From Mytilus trossulus (lineage: Eukaryota): a stretch of DNA of 64,000 nucleotides. Made by a program: the position numbers and the translations under genes. The first letter of the stretch is position 1. Every line of letters starts with the position of its first letter. The notes beneath the pieces were generated by a model. It was not told where the DNA came from, did no database searches, and saw only the letters and a list, made by a program, of their open reading frames with translations. Where the stretch lies: positions 7,254,001 to 7,318,000 of the forward strand of contig NC_086376.1 of NCBI RefSeq assembly GCF_036588685.1, in the 5' to 3' direction. Shown one piece after another: positions 1 to 9,575 of this stretch.

Positions 1-1
1 G

Positions 2-328
2 AATGGAACGTGGGAGTGTGCCCTATTGGAAATGACGTTCGTGCCTGCTTTCGAAATACCCACGCGCAGGGTCTACCTATGTTCCGACATAGTGAGGGAA
101 GAATCGTACGTCAGAGACACGTATTTACCACTACTTCAATCCGTAGCAGTGCGACGGGACGAGACGATGGAAGTCGTCTTCGAGAGACCACTCTACCGCA
201 CGACGAGAGGAGGCGAGGTGACACTATTGGAAATCACCGTCAGAGACGATAGATTACGAGTGTGCCGATTCAAGGACGATCACGTATTCTGCTTGCTGCA
301 TTTTAGAAAAAGAGTTATAAGAGGATAG
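2..328 (+). CDS. Polinton minor capsid protein (penton, PX-like), 5'-partial
   Basis: Frame 2 is open from base 2: NGTWECALLEMTFVP...VYLCSDIVREESYVRDTYLPLLQSV...FERPLY...LEITVRD...CLLHFRK. This matches the recalled G-W-x-x-L-x-E, Y-x-x-x-D-I-V...P-L-L, F-x-x-P-x-Y and C-terminal LHFR motifs of Polinton minor capsid proteins. Confidence 0.78.
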   Translation, partial: NGTWECALLEMTFVPAFEIPTRRVYLCSDIVREESYVRDTYLPLLQSVAVRRDETMEVVFERPLYRTTRGGEVTLLEITVRDDRLRVCRFKDDHVFCLLHFRKRVIRG

Positions 329-358
329 CGGATTCGATATCGAAGTACATGTATAAAC

Positions 359-508
359 ATGGAATGTCCTACCTGCCATAGACGGTTTTCCAGGAGAGAT
401 GTCATGTTGAGACATTATCGCAATCAGCATGGTAATGGGGATACGCCGCCGCCGCCCGTGCCTGCGGTGGTAAACAACCGCCGCCGCCGCCCGTGCCTGC
501 GGTGGTAG
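359..508 (+). CDS. C2H2 zinc-finger/Pro-rich N-terminus, frameshifted from the downstream ATPase ORF
   Basis: ATG at 359 gives MECPTCHRRFSRRDVMLRHYRNQHGNGDTPPPPVPAVV (C-x2-C-x12-H-x4-H), stop TAG at 506-508. The first copy of a ~35-bp direct repeat reads GTAAACAACCG and the second GTAGAACAACCG, so one missing G separates it from the 493..1776 frame. Not in the supplied ORF track. Confidence 0.75.
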   Translation: MECPTCHRRFSRRDVMLRHYRNQHGNGDTPPPPVPAVVNNRRRRPCLRW

Positions 509-1776
509 AACAACCGCCGTCCGGTCCGTTCCTGTTTCGACACCCGTTTACTATGATCGTTTCGGGTCCGACGTCTTGCGGCAAGACGCATTTCGTGGCG
601 AAAGTCCTCCGAGAAGCGGAAGCGATGTGCGAACCGGCACCGCAGAGAATCGTCTGGCTGTACAAGAGGTGGCAACCCCTCTACGACGTCGTACGAGACG
701 GCGTGCACCCGCCGGTGGAGTTTGTGAGAGGCATCCCCGCCGACCTGGAGAGCGACGACTTCTTCGATCCGAGAGTGCGCAACATGGTGGTCCTGGACGA
801 TCTGATGACCCTCGCCAGCAAAGACACCCGCATCAACGATCTCTTCACCGAAGGAAGTCACCATCGAAATCTTTCCGTGATCGCCATCTACCAGAACCTG
901 TATTTTGGAAAGGACCCCACCCAGAGAAGAAACTGTCATTACATGGTCCTCTTTGACAATCCGATCGATCGACAGCCCGTGGCCACCCTGGCACGACAGA
1001 TGTACCCGGGTCGATCCGAACATTTCCTGCGACAATTCGACGAGGCCACGAGAAGACGACACGGTTATCTCCTTGTCGACGTCAAACCGGAGACCCCCGA
1101 GACGGAGAGACTGCGCACGAACGTCCTGACGGGGGCGGGAGAGGAGGAGGAGACGACCCAAACGGAAGAAGTGACCACGAACGATCTGATCGCCTGCGAA
1201 GAATGCGGACTGGTCTTTGTACACCGCCGCGGACTGGAGGAGCATGCGTGTAGCAGGGAGGAGGAGGAAAGGATCTCCAAGGCGAGGAGGCTCGACAGCA
1301 GCGAGGATACCTCCGAATACGACACGGACGAAGACATACTTCCCATGAGCGACGCAGAACTAGAAGAAGCGTTGGAAGGGTTACCGGTGGACGTACGTTG
1401 TGCCGAAGAGTTACCCGCAGACATCTCGCACCGACCGATGACCTATGTCGTCAGCACGGATACCTGCGATGGACCGGGGAAGCATTGGGTGGCGTTTCAC
1501 TTTCCATCCACGGGACCGGCAGAATTCTTCGATTCACTCGGACGTTCTCCGGAGTATTACCATCGTCGCTTCAGGAACGTGCTCATCGCCAATGGACCTC
1601 AATACAGATTCAGTACGACTCAAGTGCAACCGGGATCATCCGATACGTGCAGACTCTATTGTGTACATTTCGTGAAGATGAGATATAGAAACATTAGCAT
1701 GGAAGACATTGTGAAAGATTTTTCCCCTAGTGACTTGATGAGTAACGACGACAAACTGCTTGCATTGTACGAATGA
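493..1776 (+). CDS. Fused Polinton DNA-packaging ATPase (A32/FtsK-HerA type) - zinc finger - adenain-like (C5) cysteine protease
   Basis: Walker A GPTSCGKT (565-588), Walker B MVVLDD (784-801), LFTEGSHHRNLSVI and GYLLVD motifs, then a CEECGLVFVHRRGLEEHAC finger. The protease starts at Met 1345, with GKHWVA (His 1483-1485), FFDSLG (Asp 1531-1533), QVQ and TC (Cys 1648-1650). Confidence 0.88.
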   Translation: MPAVVEQPPSGPFLFRHPFTMIVSGPTSCGKTHFVAKVLREAEAMCEPAPQRIVWLYKRWQPLYDVVRDGVHPPVEFVRGIPADLESDDFFDPRVRNMVVLDDLMTLASKDTRINDLFTEGSHHRNLSVIAIYQNLYFGKDPTQRRNCHYMVLFDNPIDRQPVATLARQMYPGRSEHFLRQFDEATRRRHGYLLVDVKPETPETERLRTNVLTGAGEEEETTQTEEVTTNDLIACEECGLVFVHRRGLEEHACSREEEERISKARRLDSSEDTSEYDTDEDILPMSDAELEEALEGLPVDVRCAEELPADISHRPMTYVVSTDTCDGPGKHWVAFHFPSTGPAEFFDSLGRSPEYYHRRFRNVLIANGPQYRFSTTQVQPGSSDTCRLYCVHFVKMRYRNISMEDIVKDFSPSDLMSNDDKLLALYE

Positions 1777-1780
1777 ATGT

Positions 1781-1786
1781 AATAAA
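1781..1786 (+). terminator. Polyadenylation signal of the ATPase-protease gene
   Basis: AATAAA begins 5 nt after the end of the TGA stop, where GC content drops. Confidence 0.55.
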
Positions 1787-1953
1787 TGTATATGAAACTG
1801 ACATCTGCGTTGGTATTTTTTTTTTCTATTTGCCCCGGACACGATACGATTAATCGGTGATTGACGTTCACACCTTGAAGAGTTGCCTCCCTTTTTGTAC
1901 CAGAGTTCTTCGATATGATCATGTGACCTTGCCTCGAACGTTGAATTGTCAAT

Positions 1954-4049
1954 GTGCACGAATCTGATCATGGGTACATCACTACATGTGACTAAAAATC
2001 TGTCAATTTCTATTTGTTCCATATGTTGTTACCTGGATAACTGTATATGGCAAAAAAGATTAGAAACCAAGGAATCTGATAATACCAAAGATGGGAGAAA
2101 TAATTCTTCCATGTTTTTTTATTTGAACATTTTTTCCAAAAAAATGTCTAAATTTCGAACCGGAAATGTTACATTCCACCACCTTAGATTTTTAGAAGGC
2201 TCTGTATTAAACATGTTTGTGAATAATGAACAGTGCTTTATAAAATGAATAAAACTGACACATGAATTGCCATTTCTTGCACTACAGTCATATTCTATCA
2301 TTTAGTTCAGTCAGAATATATCGTCAAAAAAACTAATCATGTTCATAACAGCGGTGTCCAATAAAACGTTGGAAGAAAATGTCAAAATTATCTTGAATGT
2401 TTACATTCTTAATTAGAGCTACAACTAAAAAAATCATTGTTAATCTAATATTATCGAGCAAGCAGTTGAATTAAGCACGTAGTCTAAAAAGAACAACTAT
2501 CATTGACCACATTGTCAAAAAGGTTTTCGAGGTGTCCAGTTGTTATGAACGTAAAAATACGTAATAAATCCGTTGTTAGCCATGCAATGTTCTCCCCCAA
2601 AATATGGAATGGAACATGCCAGTACACACAAGGTAATGACATAGTTATCAAATTGATGTAACTACACACAGAGATGTGACCACCTACACAACGTTGGTGT
2701 CCGTCCATAGAATGCGTAGTTATGAACGCAAGAAAAGAAAGAGTAGCTAGTTTTAATGAATTTTCAAGATTCTTGTGAACAGTATCAGTGTCAAATGAAC
2801 TTTTTATAAAAGTATAGTAACTATTAAATAAATGTAAAGTAATTAACAGTGTTATAGTCTTTGCAGTTTGGAAAAATTCAGTTTTTTATACCGACTTGGC
2901 GGAGAGGGTCATGGTTTCCATAGTTTTGAACAAGACATATTTTAAAATTTAAACTTGAAATGAAACTTGTTCAACATTGAAACCGAAAATACAACATCCT
3001 CTTTAAGTCTAAATAATATTTTAATGTCAAAATTGTAAATCTAGGATGTATAATAAACTTTAAATAGAGTAAAGTATGCCGTTCATAACAGTTCTCTAAC
3101 ACTAGCTTACAGTATTGGAGTTATGAACAAATGTTGTAAATCTGTTTTTTAATAAATAAAATGGATTACTGGTGCTTCTTTTAAACATATTCGAAAACAT
3201 TTGATGTCTGATTTTATTTTATCACGTTACACATTTATAACTTTTGGCATGAAGATTAAATTTTCGATATCAGCATTGTTAATAATTTGAAGACACATTA
3301 TTTTTGTGTCTGTTGTTATGAACGATTATTATTTGATTATTTTTATATGATTTTGAGTAATAAATGATAAATTAGTTGTTTTTCCAAGAAATCTTATGTT
3401 GTCTTTAAAAGAGGAGTTGTTGAAATTGCTAGCAATTTGCGACTTTCATTTGAATTTTGGGAAAATGTTTTTGTTCATAACCATGATAACGACGGAAGCA
3501 CAGTTTTGAAATATTGTTATGAACGTTTTAAAAATGTCTATAATCATGGTTTTATTAACAGAATGTAAGTTTTTGTTTAGTCCTTAAGCTATAATTTGGT
3601 ATTGTTTTATACAATAAATTAACCTATAAAGCGATTGAAATGTTTGTTTATTCACACAGGGAACATAATGATAGATTTGAGAACAATATTTCTGTTCATA
3701 ACGGTGTCCAAACATTTTATGTATTTTATTTATTACTGTTTCCCCAAAAAATTACAAAGTGGATAATAGTGTGTTAAGGTTGTTCTTGTAAACAGTATAC
3801 ACACCAATTATTGTACTAAAGTTGACCTGGTATCGGTATTTTGAACAAATAAGGACACTGGTTATGAACATAAAAAATATTTTTCACATTAAATAAAAGT
3901 AAGATACAGATTTTCTACAGCTCTATAAATTTGGAAACAATTACTTTGGATATTGGGCTAAATACATAGCCCATAATATTGGTGATTGAATGACTTTTAT
4001 TTTTCAGATACTCTGTAACATAATGTGACCCATGATCAGATTCGTGCAC
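1954..4049. mobile_element. Non-autonomous 2.1-kb TIR DNA transposon inserted into the Polinton (4-bp TSD)
   Basis: 22-bp perfect TIR GTGCACGAATCTGATCATGGGT at both ends. CAAT is duplicated at 1950-1953 and 4050-4053. Many internal GTTATGAAC/GTTCATAAC motifs; no ORF. Confidence 0.85.
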
Positions 4050-4501
4050 CAATCCAAGAGAGAGATATATATACAGAGTTGCTTCCCTTGTTTTGTACCA
4101 GTTTTGAAGTGTATTTGATGATAATCGATAAAATATATAAATGTTTTCTTTGCTGATTCATATATATGATTTCTGTATTTCGTCTACTTTTCATCGTGTG
4201 AGATATTTGATAATTTTATTTCAATTTCATTTTAGTTATTCAGATTAATTCATAATAATTAATTTTGACATCGTGTATATTTAAAAGGAACTTCGGACAT
4301 CTAAAATTTCAGCAAATACTACTGGACGTATTATTTCGAGGATTTATCTCAATTTATTTATTTGGTATGTATTTTACACAGTTTATCGATGATAAATAGT
4401 GAATAGAAATTACATGCTAATCAGTGATATTAATTAAGTCTAATTAATCTAGATGAAGTGCGTTTCTACATGTATCAATAAACGAACATCTGGATTTCGT
4501 G

Positions 4502-4675
4502 TCAGAGTGATGACCTCCATCTGTTTAAAGAGAGAGAAATTCCCTTTCTCGTTGGGATTAACTTTCCGTCTTTCAGCTCCCATTCTCGCACATCAATACT
4601 GATTTGGTCTTTCCATTCTTTGGCCTGTACAAATCTTTTATTATTTAACTCTATGTTACAACGTGCGTTCTCCAT
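4502..4675 (-). CDS. PC4/Sub1 (p15)-like ssDNA-binding protein, possibly C-terminally truncated
   Basis: MENARCNIELNNKRFVQAKEWKDQISIDVREWELKDGKLIPTRKGISLSLNRW matches the PC4 signature (R-F/Y-V...IDIRE...P-x-R/K-KGISL...W). It stops shortly after the Trp. Confidence 0.75.
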   Translation of the reverse strand: MENARCNIELNNKRFVQAKEWKDQISIDVREWELKDGKLIPTRKGISLSLNRWRSSL

Positions 4676-4689
4676 CTCGGCCAATTGAC

Positions 4690-4726
4690 GAATGATGAAG
4701 TGTTGAAGAAAAACTATCAATTTATA
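4690..4726 (-). promoter_or_regulatory. TATA box plus Inr-like motif upstream of the PC4-like ORF
   Basis: On the minus strand, TATAAA (4726-4721) is followed ~30 nt later by TCATTC (4695-4690), then ATG at 4675. Confidence 0.4.
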
Positions 4727-4923
4727 TTCTCATTTCATAGTGACCAACATTGACACGTTGTATCCAAATAAGTTCATCGGGTGAGGCTGAAAAGTTAGTG
4801 TTACCTCCTCGATCAACATTTGCCTGGTCATATAATCAAATTTGGATTCAGATCGACAATGACTTCGTCGTCGTCGTGTGGAAGTATAGGTTTTCACAGA
4901 TCGTTATGATCAAATAAGTTTAT

Positions 4924-5124
4924 GTGTAATCGAAACGAAAGGTCATGACTTCTGTTGATTGACAGGGAGGGAGGGGCATGACCATATTTATCCGTGCCAG
5001 CGTGCCTACCTTTTTTTCATAGACAGTGTAATCGAAACGAAAGGTTATGACTTCTGTTGATTGACAGGGAGGGAGGGGCATGACCATATTTGTCCCGTGC
5101 CGGCGTGCCTACCTTTTTTCATAG
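4924..5124. repeat. Two ~100-bp direct repeats in the Polinton subterminal region
   Basis: GTGTAATCGAAACGAAAGG...GGGAGGGAGGGGCATGACC...TTTTCATAG at 4924-5022 and 5026-5124 (period 102). Confidence 0.9.
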
Positions 5125-5151
5125 GCCTAAAACTGATCACTCCCTACTACT

Positions 5152-8100
5152 CACTGTGTATCATCGCCACCGGAAATTGGGTACTAACGAAGCGGAGAGA
5201 AGCAGAAAAAAAAAATAAACAAGTTAAGAATTCATTCAATTTAAAGCATTTCCACTCATTTGATGAGGGTGTCGCTTAAGAAATGATTTTCTGATATATA
5301 ATTCTTTTAATTATTAGGCCAATAAGTACAAAATAAATACAAGATTTTGTGTAATACGCTAAAACTTGCCACTTAGTACCGGAAAATTTCGAGGTCTATC
5401 GTCCTCTGTAGCCCCGTTCTCAATATATTGAACTGTTTTTCATTATTTTTCCAGACACGATTTTAGAATATTATAGTGTGGCATCATATTTAGTGAAATT
5501 TGTTGTCAAAAAGATGCATTTTAAAGAATATAGACCACAAAAAATAAATTCTAGGGTACGGCAACTTGCTCGTGTTTAAAAATTTACTGTATGGCAACTT
5601 GTTTTCAACTGTATGGCAACTTGCTAATTTTAGAATAGTTATTTACCGCGTCCTTTCAAAGAAAATAAAGTATTAAGTTCAAATATCTCAGATGGGGGAG
5701 GGGGGGGGGGGGTCTTTTCAAGGTTTAAATTTTTTAAAACTGTTATTTGACTGATAAATTTTAAAAACTTAACTGTTTTCGACCCACTGTCTGTAATCTG
5801 TTTTGTTAAAATTTGCAATGATGTTAACTGTTTATTTGAAATTGAGATTCTTGTTATCTGTTACTTTATACTTAAAGTGTTCACTGTTTTTGACATTATT
5901 TTCTCTGTTAACTGATCTTAACTGTTATTTACAAGAATGACATTAAAATTTGCTGTCCATCTCTTACTTAACGTTGCTTCCGCAAAGGAGTGACATTAAC
6001 AGCATAATTATATGTAACTGTACATGTCTTTAAAAAAATCTTCAGTGAGTATAGTAAATCCTTGATTAAATTGAGAATGGAAATGTCAAAGAAACAGAAG
6101 CTCGACCAAATAGAAGAAACAACCCAACGCAGCGAGAAAATTATGCACTAGGGTGGGTGTCAAGTCACAGATAGGAAAAAAACTAAGAATTGACACTCGT
6201 AATTTTTTAACACCCTCTTTCCTCTTTCCCTTCCCTTCTAATAAATAAGGCTTAATATTTAAGCTATGCATGTGTATATTTATGGAAAGAGAATCGTCCA
6301 TAGATTTGATTTCCAATAGTAATAATGGTGAAATATAATCTCTTTTTTTGTGAAACTATGGCAACAATGAGCAATTATTTGATACCAAATATTGCAAAAT
6401 AGGGGGTTGAACATGTCACAAAGATCTGAAAAATTTGGTCCAAAGGAAAATTTCAATCAATAAGAGTGATACCTTTCCTAATACCATAGACATATATCTA
6501 TCAAGAGGTTAAAAAAATCATATGCATTTCTGCTGTTTTTTTCCATGAAATTGAATTGAAAAGATCGAGCGTCGAATCTTGGTTGAAAAAAAATACAAAA
6601 TTTTTCAAAATGTATGGCGGTACGGATAGGAACGCTTGGACGGTCAAACTGAACAATGGCTTATAAAACATGCTTAAAATAATCTAAATGTTCATATTAA
6701 CCCACTAGGAAGGCTATATTATTATTCAACTATCTAAAAATCAATTCAATTGTACAAAAACGTTCATATTTAGAAAATTCACCATGGCTCGAAACTAAAC
6801 TTGTATGGTATACCTGAAGCTGTCTCCTAAGTGAGCAATCAATTAACTACAAAAGGGGGTCGAAGTTCAATGTTTGTTTCTTGAAACATATAAATGAACC
6901 CAAATTTAAAAAATTAAATAAATACAAGACTTCATAGCTAAGGTTACGGACTCAAGTTGGGTCATGCAGGTGCAACAAATGCGGCAGTGTTAAACATGTT
7001 TAAAGATATCTCATGCCCCTCTTTATACGTCTAACCAATGTAGTTATTTCTGGCTTCTATTTGAAATGTATCCAAAACGTTAAAGGGAAAGGCCACTTCT
7101 TATCCAGCTTAAACCCTGGTCAGTCCTATGACGAAAATAATTCACATGTATATGGAATGTTTGATAAGTTATATCGACCCAGAGTACCTGGATGGAATTG
7201 TGAAAAAATAAAGTACCTTTTCAATTTGCAATTCGTAAATTAACTGAACAGTGTTGGCCTGGTAGAAAAGGCCGAAAAAAAATAGGAATTGGTTCTCAAA
7301 TTGAAATCAAATTTGCTAGTCTAAGAAATTCAGAATGGATCTAAAGATAGACCAAGGCTTCTTTATATCAGCTCAGATGGAGATGAAAGAGTGCTTCAAC
7401 TTGTGACACCTTACATGTTACTTTCTGATTTTACACTGGTTTTGATGATTTAAAATTAAAATCAGTAAACCTTCGTAATTCATTTCAATAAAATCATGTA
7501 AGCAATGAGTCGTATGAATACCCTGACTGCAATGTAACTATAATTTATAAAAGCCCCCGCCATTAAAAAAATGTTCGCGCCCTATAGTATTCACTCATTC
7601 TATCTGTTTGTTACACTTTCCTACGCCATGACGATAACCCAAGTTTTCTTCGATTGATTGACACAAAACATTTACTCAACAATATACATAACCAGAAGAA
7701 GCCTCCCTTTTGGTGTTTGAAGCATTTTCGATTATTCATGACATTCTAGTCTTTTTTCTTAGAGTCAATCACTCCGTCTGCTTTTCCATCAGTTCAATTG
7801 TCTGTCCATGTGTCATTAAAGTTGCTGTTAACTCTTATCAGCATTTAAAATTTGTTGTTATCTGTGTTTGCCAAAATCGAGGTGTTGTTAACATGTTAAC
7901 AGACCCACTACCCCCCCCCCCCCCCCAACCCCCATCTAATTATGCATTAGATAAAATGCATTAGATAGAAACAGACAAAACAATTAATTCGAAATGCAAT
8001 TCACGATTTGTTTCTCCTTACTTTCGATGAAAACAAAGTATTTTCTTAATTCAAAGTTTATTTTTACAAATGAGTCATTTCAGAAATTAAATAACTAAAC

Positions 8101-9210
8101 AATTTTATGTGTCTGTCCGGATTCTCGATCCTGTGGTTCGGTGGTTGTCGTAGCTTCATCTCTTTTTTTTCATAAATTGTTTTGTTATGAGTTAGGCCGT
8201 TCGCTTTCTTGTTGAGTCCTTCCACATTTTTCGTTCGGTGCTTTGTATAGCCGACTATAAGGGACGAGTTTTCGTTGTTGAAGGCCGTACGATAGCATAT
8301 AATTGCTTACATACAGTTTATTTGATCCTGATGGATAGTTATCTTATTTGCTATCATACCACATCTTAACTGTTTTTATCTAAAAAAAACAAAAAAACTA
8401 GCACCAACAAAAGATGAATGGACGGTTTATTTTATTGAACTTACAAAATTTCACCCTAACAACAAATAAGACAACATTTACAGTCGTTAGTAGTATAACG
8501 ATATATATATATTAATGTATTTAGGATAATATGGTTTTAAAAAAAAACTTTTTTACAAAATCGAAAAGCGGAAGGCAACGAGGCCTCCTGAACTGAATTA
8601 ACGGCATATATTTGATAATATTTGATTAATAAGACATGTTGTATGTTTGTAAGCCTGTAAAGCTTTGATATCAACAAAATATCGTCACTTGATATTATCT
8701 AAACAGTGATTAATTTCCTCTTAAAATTATAATATATTGCATGACGCCGTACAGACAAAAGTTGTTATTTTGCAATTCGCCGTACAACGTCCTGCAATTC
8801 GCCGTACAACAAACAAACAGTGTTTTTGTCCATATTCTTTAAAAAACATGTTTTTGACAACAAATTTCATTAAATATGATGCCACACTATAATATTCTAA
8901 AATCGTGTCTGGAAAAATAATGAAAAACAGTTCAATATCTTGAGAATGGGGCTACAAAGGACGATAGACCTCGAAATTTTCCGGTACTAAGTGGCAAGTT
9001 TTGGAGTATTACACAAAATCTTGTATTTATTTTGTACTTATCGGCCTAATAATTAAAAGAATTATATATCAGAAAATCATTTCTTAAGCGGCACCCTCAT
9101 CAAATGAGTGGAAATGCTTTAAATTGAACGAATTCCTAACTTGTTTACTTTTTTTTCTATTTCTCTCCGCTTCGTTAGTACCCAATTTCCGGTGGCGATG
9201 ATACACAGTG
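5152..9210. mobile_element. 4.06-kb non-autonomous DNA transposon with ~385-bp TIRs and CACTGTG...CACAGTG termini (CMC/EnSpm/Transib-like)
   Basis: 5152-~5535 is the reverse complement of ~8826-9210 with few mismatches. Subterminal TGTAYGGC repeats occur on both arms. No transposase ORF and no clear TSD. Confidence 0.85.
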
Positions 9211-9214
9211 ATAT

Positions 9215-9575
9215 TCTTATTAAGAAAAAATCATATCCCTAATTAACTGGGTATTTAAAAAGTCAGAATGCAAGTACATATGTTCAAACTCTTTTATGTC
9301 ATTTTTAAGTAGCAATAAACAAAAGAACTATGTCAATTGGACATGCTTTGATGCTATATATGCATGCACTTGAATTTTTACTTGCAACATCTTTGTTCGC
9401 TTTGGAGATTCCGTATATACGGTCTAGTTATTGGAATTTCAATGGGACTAACTGTGGTGCACCACTTATTTCGGACCTGTTTTTGTATTTCTATGAGCTA
9501 CAATTTATGATTAAAATTAGCAAAGACACACCGAAACAACATTTGATACAAAAATGTAACATTACTTTTAGATAA
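9215..9575 (+). mobile_element. Penelope-like retroelement reverse transcriptase remnant
   Basis: Frameshifted translation resembling ALEFLL-x-NIFVRFGDSVY...GI-x-MGTNC-APLI-x-DLFLY...TFR, typical of PLE reverse transcriptases. Confidence 0.7.

Larger units (their letters stand above)
1..5151. mobile_element. Right-hand part of an endogenous Polinton/Maverick (adintovirus-like) element, cut off by the window start
   Basis: GC-rich intronless genes for a penton-like protein, an A32-type ATPase and an adenain protease, plus a PC4-like ORF. Ends in ...TCCCTACTACT (5141-5151), the reverse complement of the AGTAGT terminal microsatellite typical of Polintons. pPolB, integrase and major capsid are not in the window. 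Confidence 0.88.

Noticed and set aside
424-1245. 273-aa antisense ORF and other overlapping ORFs (10..252, 402..665, 576..956, 1065..1424, 1398..1688)
   Set aside because: Shadow ORFs expected in GC-rich coding DNA; no recognisable motifs, while the main frames carry clear domains.
1-1780. Bacterial or phage contamination as the source of the GC-rich segment
   Set aside because: The gene set is Polinton-type with C2H2 fingers and a poly(A) signal, and it is contiguous with AT-rich TIR elements and a Polinton-like terminus.
5152-9210. RAG-like (ProtoRAG) transposon
   Set aside because: Only the heptamer matches. There is no nonamer, no 5-bp TSD and no RAG1/RAG2-like coding sequence.
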